Source of the DNA: Orbicella franksi
Taxonomy: Eukaryota
Direction: 5' to 3'
Assembly (NCBI GenBank): GCA_964199315.1
Contig: OZ116700.1
Coordinates: 9,300,001 to 9,364,000, forward strand
DNA: 64,000 nt
The notes below the pieces were generated by a model. The model was given only the letters and a program-made list of their open reading frames with translations, did no database searches and was not told where the DNA came from. Position numbers and translations under genes: made by a program. Shown here piece after piece: positions 11,501-21,923 of the stretch; the first letter of the stretch is position 1, and each line of letters begins with the position of its first letter.

Positions 11501-14500
11501 GTGACCTTCGTCAACTTAGCTTCTATACATTTAATCTGTTTTACATTAAAACTGTGGGCAAATTCTTCGCCCTACTTTAAAGCAAGCCCATTGGACTGAA
11601 AGAGGGTGGAATCGTGTTCCTTTACATCTTTCAATATGACATTCAACTTTTCCATCATTGCTCTGTGCTCTCACCCAGAGAGCGTTGCTCTATTTGCAGA
11701 TAAGTTTATTGTCAAATCAAAGTTTGTGGTGGATTATCTTCAGCATCTTGAAGTGCTGGAATTTAAAAGTAAAAAGAGAGCAGAAGAAAAGGCAAAGTTA
11801 AGTAGGGACGCAAAAGATAAATCATATGAGGATTATCCTTGGACGGAGTTGTGTGAAGATCTAACCAAGCTTAAAAAGCTACGTGTTCCAGAATTAAACA
11901 AGTACTTGAACCACCACGGACTGAGGCAGCATTTGAAAAGCAGCAAGAGTGAGAAAGTAAAGGCATTTGTAAGACATTCATGCTTGCAGCAGAAGAGTCC
12001 TCTCAGAGCTGGCCAACCAACACTGAGAAATGCCAGGACATTGACACAAAATGACAACAGAGCAAGTGCTGACAGCAGTGAAACGGATGAAAGTGACAAT
12101 GATGCGTATGACAGTGATGCCATTGACTCTGGGGGAGAAGATGACTCTGGTGATATCATTCTTGCATTCATCAATTCAGATGAGGAAGATGCCAATGAGA
12201 GGCCAAATGCCACACGCTCAGGGCGAGCCATAACTAGGAGATCCGAAATTGACTTCTCTTTCTTTTGATTTGTTTTTTAAACAACAGCTCTCTGTAGTAT
12301 AGGGATTGTAAATATTGTCTTCATAGTGAGCACAATAACGTGAAGTAGGGGGGATAATAGAGAAATATTAAAAAAGTTGAAATCTAAAAATTGTTTGTTT
12401 AATTTTTTTTTTTGGGGGGGGTCATCCCAAAAAATGCCCGCTATAAGGGGGGGGGGCCATGTGAAAAAATTGGTAAGCTGAGGGGGGGTCATGCGATTTA
12501 TAAATGGTGCTTCCCAGATCCCACCAGCCCCCCCTCCTTCGTAAAAAATGAACGGTCCCTTAGTCCCAAAATGTTCTTCCTACATTTACTGTAAAATAAA
12601 CCTGCATTCGGACACCCCTGTTACGCGGACGCGGTCACCAATATTAAGCTATTTTGTTGCATAAAACCTGCAATAAGCGGACACTTCAAGGGCTTTTTAC
12701 TTCTGAAAGTTCAGTTCAGCTCAGACTCCTTTAACATTGTTCAGTGATATACTTTCAAAGCTAAGTAGATTGATGCATTGACTGACTGGACATTGTACTA
12801 TGAGCAGTCTTTGATCTTACATTGTGTGTGTTACGCTGTGTTACAAAAGAGTTAATAATTAACTATTATTACACAATGTATTAGAACCTGTTTAGAGCGG
12901 ACACCCTGTATTAAACGGACACTGGTGAGGGTCCCAAGGGTGTCTGCTTCATACAGGTTTCACTGTAGACACTTCATAATAATCATCCAGCGTTTTAAGA
13001 GACTAAGAGAGGCCCTTAGGGATTTCTTTGTACCGTCTAGTATGAGTGTTGTATCGTCTGCATACTGACCTAATTTAATTTCCTTACTGTTCACGAAGAT
13101 ACCTTTAATACTTTTGTTTTCCCGAATCGCCTTGGCTAGCACTTCAACTGACAAAACAAACAAGTAATTAGGAAAGAGAGGACAATCTTCTCTTAGACCT
13201 CTTAGCTTTGAATTTCAAAGAAATCACTCGCCCCACCGTTGTTCAAAACACAGCTTTCAGTCTGGGTGGCAAAAGAAAAGATGCAACTACCAAAACCAAA
13301 AAGTTGAAAGTTTTTCTGATGAAAGACCATTCTATCGTGTCAAAATGTGAAGAGCTTTTTCAAAACCCAAAATCAAGAGTAATCCTGGAATATTTTTCTC
13401 TTTGGCATAGCAAATGACACTTTCGATAAGACGAATGTTTTCTTCAATTAATCTACCTTTTATAATTGATGACATAATTGATGAGATTAGGAAGAGAAGG
13501 TTTCAAGCGATTAGCGATTGACTTTGCCGCTATTTTGTAGTCGCAGTTCAGGAGGGTTAGAGGTCTCCAGTTTTTGATGAAGAAAGGTTATGCGTCTTTC
13601 TTAGGGATGAGTGTGATAATTCCTCTTCTCTGAGTTACTGAGAGTTGTCCAGTTTCATAAGCGTAGTTCAGTGCTCTAATAAGGATGGTGTCTATATCAT
13701 TGCAAAAATACTTTGTAAAATTCAGCTGGCAAACCGTCCGTTTTGGTTTCACTGTCATACATACGTACATACATCACCTTTATTTGTACACTATTAAAAA
13801 TCCTAATTGAACGACAAAGTAGCGCGGGTTTTCAAGCCAATCACATCGCATTTAATTATGGAAAGAGAAGCAAAGCTGGAAGTGCCCAGTCTGTAATAAC
13901 CTCTAAATTATATGCTTTACAATATTCCAATAACCAATAAACGTCCTTTATCTACACTGTAAATTCAAAAGATCTCTTACGGCCCTAAAATGCAAATTTA
14001 GCCCTCGCTACGTCTGATTCTTTGCCAATAATAATCTGGGCCAGACAGCACCTTCAAAAAAAAAAAGAACTATTTTAGCCCAGTCCTACCCATTTCAGTG
14101 CGTAGGTCCGTATCAGTCCATAAAAATTAGTTCCCTAACTGGTACCGTGTTTTACTCATTGAAAGGTTTATGCCCCATGTAAGTGTTTAAAACAGCTCTT
14201 GTAAATTTATACAGTGACAACGTCCAGTTTACGAAGTATTAACTTTTATTATATGGCCAGCTCCGTGAGCGGGCAAGATGAACCAAATCCTGCGCTGTGA
14301 CTGGCTACCCGAGCGGGCAAGATGGAGCTATCTTGCCCGCTCGGGACTACCCGTCGTGTCCCGCGAGAAAAATTTCCCCGAAATAGCCATATAATAAATC
14401 CTTTATTGACCAAGCTTGTTCGGTCAAGATGGCTGAATATTGGCCCCGTTCTTTTTTTACGAGTTTATGGACCTCGACTCCGTCTCGGTCCATAAACATG

Positions 14501-17500
14501 TAAAAAAAGAACTTGGCCAATATCCAACCATCTTGACCTCACACTTGGTCAATAACCCTTATGTATTGTTTTTAGTTCATCCTGGTGTTGCTCTTCATCC
14601 GGGACCTCACTACACCGCTGAAGGTAGTAATTTCAGTCTTCCAGTCTGTCACGTGACTGGCGACCCAGCCCCAGTTGTCACGTGGAGAAAATCATCGGGT
14701 CAGTTATCCAAGGGAAGGGTGCAGTATAACAACAGTGCTTTACAGATCTCAGATGTCCGTAAAAGCGACTCTGATACGTATTTCTGCTCAGCTGTCAACT
14801 TGGCAGGACGTGAAGAAAGAAAAACTCTTTTGGTCGTTGTTCCTCTTCCTCGGTTCACTTTAAAACCTTCTGTAAAGGTTTTTGTCTCTCTTGGCAGCAA
14901 TTTGACGCTAAAATGTAGCGCCACTGGTGATCCACAACCTGTCATCAGCTGGAAAAGACACGGAGCGCAATTGCCAGTTGGGCGGAGTCGCGTGTCAAAA
15001 GGCGCGCTGATCATTAACAGTGTAAAGCTGGAGGATGCTGGGAACTACACCTGCGTGGCTACGAGTGCAGGAGTGTCCAGCGTTGAGCATAGAAGTCGAG
15101 TAGTGATAAAGAAAGGTTAGTTTAGTTGTACGAGAATATTTGAAGGAAATATTTCTGGTCATTACTGCTAAATAGTTCGCAACAATCAAAATTAAAATAA
15201 CTTGAAGACAAACTTGAAATTTTTACCATTTTTTCAATTTTTTTTTTCGTTTGCAGTTTTTAGTTTTTTATATGTGTTGACTGAGTAAAGGTTGTCTGAT
15301 AAAGATAAGCTTTATAAAATTCTGTATTTGAGGTTATCATTTACTGTAGGTACTGAATGAGTATATAGAGACATTTGCTATGATGGCTCAATCGAAATTA
15401 GATAGAACCAGCGTGCGTGCTTTGGTTTTCACTGGCGCACAAACATAAGCCGACATACGTAGACACGCCAGTAAGACGTTCTTAATCCAGGTGACCAAAA
15501 CTGACCCAGGCATGCATGCATCAGTGTGCAGCAACAAACATAATGGGTGACTCACGGAAAGTGGTTCAATTTACAGTAAACGGTAAGTTTCTGTCAGAAA
15601 GCGAGTTTAAATTGATATTCAGTAAAACTCAAAAGAAAATAATTACTCCAGCCAATCACAAAGGACGCAGACAAGCGAGTCACGATTAGTTCTGGTTTTA
15701 CTGTCATAATTAAATACGTACTTACATAACCTTTATTTGCACACGATTAAAAATTCTGATTGAACCACAGGGAGGTTAATCTGTTATTCATATTCTAATT
15801 GGATGTGAGGACTCCCTGTGATAGAACGACAAAGTAGCGCGGGTTTTCAAGCCAATCACATCGCATTTAAGAATGGAAAGAGAAGCAAAGCTGGAAGTGC
15901 CCAGTCTGTAATAACCTCAAAATTATGCTTTACGCACGGCAATATTCCAATAACCATTAAACCTCGTTTATCTACACTGTAAAATCAAAAGATCTCTTAC
16001 GGCCCTAAAATGCAAATTTAGCCCTGGCGACGTCTGATTATTGGCCAATAATAATCTGGGCCAGAAAGCAGCTGTAGAAACGAACTATTTCAGCCCAGGC
16101 TTACTTATTTCAGTGCGTGAGTCCATATCAGCCCATAAAAATTAATTCCCTAATTGGTACCCTATTTTACTCACCGAAAGGTTTATGCCCACTTACGTGT
16201 TTAAAACAGATCTTGTGAATTTATACAGTGACAACGTCCAGTTTACGAAGTATTAACTTGTGTTGTTTTTAGTTCATCCTGGTGTTGCTCTTCATCCGGG
16301 ACCTCACTACATCGCTGAAGGAAGTAATTTCAGTTTTCCAGCCTGTCACGTGACTGGCGACCCAGCCCCAGTTGTCACCTGGAGGAAATCATCGGGTCAG
16401 TTACCTAAGGGGAGAGTGCAATATAACAACACTGCTTTACAGATCTCAGATGTCCGTAAAAGCGACTCTGATACGTACCTCTGCTCAGCTGTCAACCTGG
16501 TAGGAAGTGATGAAAGAAAAACTCTTTTGGTCGTTGTTCCTCTTCCTCGTTTCACTTTAAAACCGTCTGTGAAAGTGGTTGCCTCTTTTGGCAGGAATTT
16601 GACGCTGAAATGTAGCGCCACCGGTGATCCACAACCTGTCATGAGCTGGGAAAGACAAGGAGCTCAATTACCAGTTGGGCGGAGTCACGTGTCAAAAGAA
16701 GCGCTGATCATTAACAGTGTAAAGCTGGAGGATGCTGGGAACTACACCTGCGTGGCTACAAGTGCAGGAGTGTCCAGCGTTGAGCATAGAAGTGAAGTAC
16801 TGATCGAACCAAGTAAGTTCCGTTTTACGAGAATATTTGAAGGAAATATTTCTGTATACTACTGCATGATTCGGATAAATCAAAGAAATATGAGGAGAGA
16901 CTCTGAAATTAATTTTACCATTTTTTTCAAATTCTTTTTATTGCACTTTTTAGTTTTTTATATGCGTTGACTGGTCAACGATTGTGTAAAGTTCTGTCTT
17001 TGAGGTTTCATTAAGTTACTGAATGAGCACATAGAGATTTTTACTATGGTGGCACCTTAGGAATTAGGTAAGACCAGCGCGCGCGCTATGTTATATGGCT
17101 GGTTTTCATCGAAATACAAGCATAAGCTGACATACGCAGCCAGACGCAGTCGGATGTTGATAATTAACAGATTTTGTTCGGAAAATCTCCTAACAAAGAG
17201 GTGCGTCTTAGCAGCACTTTACCGCGTCTGCTTATGTTGAATATGGCTATACTTGTGCGTCAGAGAAAAACAGCCTATAACCATTTCTTTTAACTCGGGA
17301 ACAATATTCGTGAAGCTGATATCACGCAATGCGTCTAAAACACCTATCAGTTATAATTTGATTTCTATATCTGCACTAGTTCGCTTAGTCAATGGTGGAG
17401 CATCTTATGGACGTGTTGAGGTCTATTACAATGGATTATGGGGCACCGTCTGTGATGATGACTGGGATATCAAGGATGCTAATGTGGTATGTCGTCAGCT

Positions 17501-20500
17501 AGGCTTCTTTCGCGCATCCGGGGCTCCCCATGGAGCAACGTACGGTCAGGGATCTGGTACAACCTGGATGGATAATGTTGGTTGTCAAGGAGGAGAGGCG
17601 TCGTTACTACTCTGTGCTCACAATGGATGGGGAACTGAGAACTGTGGTCATAGCGAGGATGCAAGTGTGGAGTGTGAAGGAGTTCGTTTAGCCAATGGCG
17701 GAGCATTTTATGGCCGTGTTGAGATTTATTACAATGGGGAATGGGGCACAGTGTGTGGTGATGGCTGGGATATCAAGGATGCTAATGTGGTCTGTCGTGA
17801 GCTAAGATTCTCCCGAGCAACCAGCGCTCCTCGTCAAGCAAAATACGGTCAGGGGTCTGGTACTATCTGGATGGATGGCGTCAATTGTCAAGGAGATGAG
17901 GCATCGCTACGAGAGTGTACCTATGACGCGGATACATCTGACTGCAGTCATAGCGAGGATGCAAGTGTTGAATGTGAAGTAATGGTTCGTTTAGTCAATG
18001 GCGGAGCATCTTATGGCCGTGTTGAGGTTTATTATAGTGGGCAATGGGGCACAGTGTGTGATAATGGCTGGGATATCAAGGATGCTAATGTGGTATGTCG
18101 TCAGCTTGGCTTCTTTCGTGCATCCCAGGCTCCCATAGGAGCAAAGTATGGTCAGGGGTCTGGTACAATCTGGATGAATAGAGTCGCCTGTCAAGGAGAT
18201 GAGGCATCGCTACAACAGTGTCCTCGTGTAAAATTGGGAACAGGTGACTGTAGTCATAGCGAGGATGCAAGTGTGGAGTGTTTAGCAGTTCGTTTAGTCA
18301 ATGGTGGAGTGTTATATGGCCGTGTTGAGGTTTATTACAGTGGGCGATGGGGCACAGTGTGTGATGATTCCTGGGATACCAATGATGCTAATGTGGTCTG
18401 TCGTGAGCTCGGCTTCTCTCGTGCATCCGGGGCTCCTCACAGTGCAAAGTACGGTGAAGGGTCTGGTACTATCTGGATGGATGGCGTTAATTGTCAAGGA
18501 GATGAGGCATCGCTACGAGAGTGTACCTATGACACGGATACATCTGACTGCAGCCATAGCGAGGATGCAAGTGTTGAGTGTGAAGTAATGGTTCGTTTAG
18601 TCAATGGCGGAGTATCTTACGGCCGTGTTGAGGTTTATTACAGTGGACAATGGGGCACAGTGTGTGATAATGGCTGGGATATCAAGGATGCTAATGTGGT
18701 ATGTCGTCAGCTCGGGTTCTTCAGTGCATCCGGGGCTCCCCATAGAGCAACGTACGGTCAGGGCTCTGGTACTATCTGGATGGATAGAGTAGCTTGTCAA
18801 GGAGATGAGGCATCGCTACAACAGTGTCCTCGTGGAAAATTGGGAACACGTTACTGTAGTCATAGCGAGGATGCAAGTGTGGAGTGTTTAGCAGTTCGTT
18901 TAGTCAATGGTGGAGTGTTATATGGCCGTGTTGAGGTTTATTACAGTGGGCGATGGGGCACAGTGTGTGATGATTCCTGGGATACCAATGATGCTGATGT
19001 GGTCTGTCGTGAGCTCGGCTTCTCTCGTGCATCCGGGGCTCCTCACAATGCAAAGTACGGTGAGGGGTCTGGTACTATCTGGATGGATGGCGTCAATTGT
19101 CAAGGAGACGAAGCATCGCTACGAGAGTGTACTTATGATGCGGATACCTCTCACTGCAGTCATAGCGAGGATGCAAGTGTTGAGTGTGAAGTAATGGTTC
19201 GTTTAGTCAATGGCGGAGTATCTTATGGCCGTGTTGAGGTTTATTACAGTGGACAATGGGGCACAGTGTGTGATAATGGCTGGGATATCAAGGATGCTAA
19301 TGTGGTATGTCGTCAGCTCGGGTTCTTCAGTGCATCCGGGGCTCCCCATAGAGCAACGTACGGTCAGGGGTCTGGTACTATCTGGATGGATAGAGTAGCT
19401 TGTCAAGGAGATGAGGCATCGCTACAACAGTGTCCTCGTGGAAAATTGGGAACAGGTGACTGTAGTCATAGCGAGGATGCAAGTGTGGAGTGTTTAGCAG
19501 TTCGTTTAGTCAATGGTGGAGTGTTATATGGCCGTGTTGAGGTTTATTACAGTGGGCGATGGGGCACAGTGTGTGATGATTCCTGGGATACCAATGATGC
19601 TAATGTGGTCTGTCGTGAGCTCGGCTTCTCTCGTGCATCCGGGGCTCCTCACAGTGCAAAGTACGGTGAAGGGTCTGGTACTATCTGGATGGATGGCGTT
19701 AATTGTCAAGGAGATGAGGCATCGCTACGAGAGTGTACCTATGACGCGGATACATCTGACTGCAGTCACAGCGAGGATGCAAGTGTTGAGTGTGAAGTAA
19801 TGGTTCGTTTAGTCAATGGCGGAGCATCTTATGGCCGTGTTGAGGTTTATTACAGTGGGCAATGGGGCACAGTGTGCGATGATGGCTGGGATATGAAGGA
19901 TGCTAATGTGGTATGTCGTCAGCTGGGCTTTTCCCGTGCATCCCAGGCACCCAGGGGAGCAAAGTATGGTCAGGGGTCTGGTACAATCTGGATGAATAGA
20001 GTCGCTTGTCAAGGAGATGAGGCATCGCTACAACAGTGTCCTCGTGGAAGACTGGGAACAGATGACTGTAGTCATAGCAAGGATGCAAGTGTGGAGTGTG
20101 AAGGAGTTCGTTTAGTCAATGGCGGAGCACTATATGGCCGTGTTGAGGTTTTTCACAGTGGGCAATGGGGCACAGTCTGTGATGATGACTGGGATATCAC
20201 TGATGCTAATGTGGTGTGTCGTCAGCTGGGCCTCTCTCGTGCATCCGGGGCTTCTACTGGAGCAAAGTATGGTCAGGGCTCTGGTACTATCTGGATGAAT
20301 GACGTCAGGTGCAAAGGAGAAGAGGCATTTCTTCAACAGTGTACCCATGATGCAGACACATCTGACTGTAGTCATAGCAAAGATGCAAGTGTGGAGTGTG
20401 AAGTAATGGTTCGTTTAGTCAATGGCGGAGCATCTTATGGCCGTGTTGAGGTTTATTACAGTGGGCAATGGGGCACAGTGTGCGATGATGGCTGGGATAT

Positions 20501-21923
20501 GAAGGATGCTAATGTGGTATGTCGTCAGCTGGGCTTTTCCCGTGCATCCCAGGCACCCAGGGGAGCAAAGTATGGTCAGGGGTCTGGTACAATCTGGATG
20601 AATAGAGTCGCTTGTCAAGGAGATGAGGCATCGCTACAACAGTGTCCTCGTGGAAGACTGGGAACAGATGACTGTAGTCATAGCAAGGATGCAAGTGTGG
20701 AGTGTGAAGGAGTTCGTTTAGTCAATGGCGGAGCACTATATGGCCGTGTTGAGGTTTTTCACAGTGGGCAATGGGGCACAGTCTGTGATGATGACTGGGA
20801 TATCACTGATGCTAATGTGGTGTGTCGTCAGCTGGGCCTCTCTCGTGCATCCGGGGCTTCTACTGGAGCAAAGTATGGTCAGGGCTCTGGTACTATCTGG
20901 ATGAATGACGTCAGGTGCAAAGGAGAAGAGGCATTTCTTCAACAGTGTACCCATGATGCAGACACATCTGACTGTAGTCATAGCAAAGATGCAAGTGTGG
21001 AGTGTGAAGTAATGGTTCGTTTAGTCAATGGCGGAGCATCTTATGGCCGTGTTGAGGTTTATTACAGTGGGCAATGGGGCACAGTGTGCGATGATGGCTG
21101 GGATATGAAGGATGCTAATGTGGTATGTCGTCAGCTGGGCTTTTCCCGTGCATCCCAGGCACCCAGGGGAGCAAAGTATGGTCAGGGGTCTGGTACAATC
21201 TGGATGAATAGAGTCGCTTGTCAAGGAGATGAGGCATCGCTACAACAGTGTCCTCGTGGAAGACTGGGAACAGATGACTGTAGTCATAGCAAGGATGCAA
21301 GTGTGGAGTGTGAAGGAGTTCGTTTAGTCAATGGCGGAGCACTATATGGCCGTGTTGAGGTTTTTCACAGTGGGCAATGGGGCACAGTCTGTGATGATGA
21401 CTGGGATATCACTGATGCTAATGTGGTGTGTCGTCAGCTGGGCCTCTCTCGTGCATCCGGGGCTTCTACTGGAGCAAAGTATGGTCAGGGCTCTGGTACT
21501 ATCTGGATGAATGACGTCAGGTGCAAAGGAGAAGAGGCATTTCTTCAACAGTGTACCTATGATGCAGACACATCTGACTGTAGTCATAGCAAAGATGCAA
21601 GTGTGGAGTGTGAAGTAATGGTTCGTTTAGTCAATGGCGGAGCATCTTATGGCCGTGTCGAGGTTTATTACAGTGGGGCATGGGGCACAGTGTGTGATGA
21701 TTCCTGGGATATCAATGATGCCAATGTGGTATGTCGTCAGCTGGGCTTTTCTCGTGCATCCGGGGCTCCTCACCATGCAAAGTACGGTCAGGGGTCTGGT
21801 ACTATCTGGATGGATGACGTCAGTTGTCAAGGAGACGAGGCATCGCTACTACACTGCACTCACAATGGAATGGGGAATGAGAACTGTAGTCATAGCGAGG
21901 ATGCAAGTGTGGAGTGCGAGTAA
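3615..21923 (+). CDS. Class A scavenger receptor-like type II membrane protein (TM, coiled coil, collagen, 7 Ig, 15 SRCR), ~2346 aa. Exons 3615-3828, 5146-5805, 7414-7956, 14576-15115, 16273-16812, 17380-21923
   Basis: All five introns are GT-AG and phase 1, and the frame is continuous (7041 nt). Exon 1: hydrophobic [18 protein letters not shown], then heptad [19 protein letters not shown]. Exon 2: 26 uninterrupted Gly-X-Y triplets plus one Ig (C..W..DSGVYQC). Exons 3-5: two Ig each. Exon 6: 15 x 101-aa SRCR domains, then TAA. Joining the exons into one gene is inferred without RNA data. Confidence 0.8.
4087..4307. mobile_element. MITE with ~16-bp TIRs and 7-8-bp target duplication
   Basis: gggatatcaaatggtc ... 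gaccattcgatacccc. Flanks ctatatca (4079-4086) and ttatatca (4308-4315). Confidence 0.65.
4357..4738. mobile_element. Second copy, inverted, of the CCCGGG-terminal element at 1172-1533
   Basis: Contains the reverse complement of its blocks (accctatttatgacc; aaaacggctgaaa). Termini ccccggggg at both ends. No clear TSD. Confidence 0.65.
6279..7314. mobile_element. Non-autonomous DNA transposon with TTAA target duplication (Kolobok-like)
   Basis: ttaa|gaacagtgcctact ... agtaggcacagtcc|ttaa. TTAA TSD with purine-purine start matches Kolobok; the family call is inference. Confidence 0.6.
8399..8527. repeat. Long palindrome/hairpin at the left end of the Crypton-like relic
   Basis: Perfect 42-bp inverted arms 8399-8440 and 8486-8527, with a nested atagccaac/gttggctat and ggccc/gggcc stem. 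Confidence 0.9.
8690..9560 (+). pseudogene. Decayed Crypton-type (DUF3504-like) tyrosine recombinase gene
   Basis: Hand translation with stops and frameshifts: [24 protein letters not shown], then GT-AG intron 8810-8916, then [43 protein letters not shown]...[26 protein letters not shown]. This resembles the FGRRGRENQR box of DUF3504/Crypton recombinases (recognised from memory). Confidence 0.65.
10347..10387 (+). pseudogene. Isolated SRCR-domain start fragment in intron 3
   Basis: aatggcggagcaccttttggccgtgttgaggtttattacag encodes [13 protein letters not shown], nearly identical to the starts of the exon-6 SRCR repeats. Confidence 0.75.
10586..12965. mobile_element. Tc1/mariner (pogo-like) MITE with TA target duplication, carrying a nested element
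   Basis: ta|cagtgaaacctgtat ... atacaggtttcactg|ta: perfect 15-bp TIRs plus internal cggacac subterminal repeats. Confidence 0.85.
10654..12559. mobile_element. Internally deleted DNA transposon with ~47-bp TIRs and 3-bp TTA target duplication (PIF/Harbinger-like signature); holds two divergent ORF remnants (10972-11514 on -, 11606-12268 on +)
   Basis: tta|gggaccgttcatttttt...aaaaaatgaacggtccc|tta. Neither ORF remnant shows a recognisable DDE or Myb motif. Confidence 0.8.
14246..14562. mobile_element. Hairpin-containing non-autonomous element inserted just upstream of the exon-4 acceptor
   Basis: Absent from the paralogous intron before exon 5 (~16255-16272). Internal palindrome ttattgaccaag...ttggtcaataa. 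Inverted copy at 33665-33937. Confidence 0.8.
15491..15588 (+). pseudogene. Relic copy of the 3' end of exon 2 (Ig C-terminal strands plus donor site)
   Basis: Matches 5719-5812 (gtgacc...tcagtgt.cagcaa.aaacat..tggg...tcacggaaagtggt..ga/aatt.acagtaaa.g|gtaag) but carries a 4-bp gcat insertion. Confidence 0.75.
17380..21923 (+). repeat. Coding tandem array of 15 SRCR domains (303-bp monomer, 606-bp higher-order unit)
   Basis: Domain starts fall at 17379 + 303n. Six Cys per domain. Identical antisense ORFs recur every 606 bp (19809, 20415, 21021). Confidence 0.97.

Larger units (their letters stand above)
10423..13735 (-). mobile_element. Fragmented L1/Tx1-type LINE reverse transcriptase, split by nested DNA transposons
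   Basis: Pieces read [33 protein letters not shown] (~13510-13735), [24 protein letters not shown] (~12970-13165) and, beyond the insertion, LNNKK/TEALWIG..KALGVWFS (~10423-10583). Confidence 0.8.

Noticed and set aside
14440-14575. N-terminal part of ORF 14440-15120, and ORFs 33685-33942 / 33693-33905
   Set aside because: These read through the hairpin repeat element; the real exon starts at the acceptor at 14576.
17253-21923. Calling the SRCR ORF DMBT1, or treating it as a stand-alone gene starting at 17253
   Set aside because: Domains have six Cys, not eight, and there are no CUB/ZP domains or linkers. The ORF start is a TTG in intron-like sequence with no signal peptide, and an in-phase acceptor exists at 17379.
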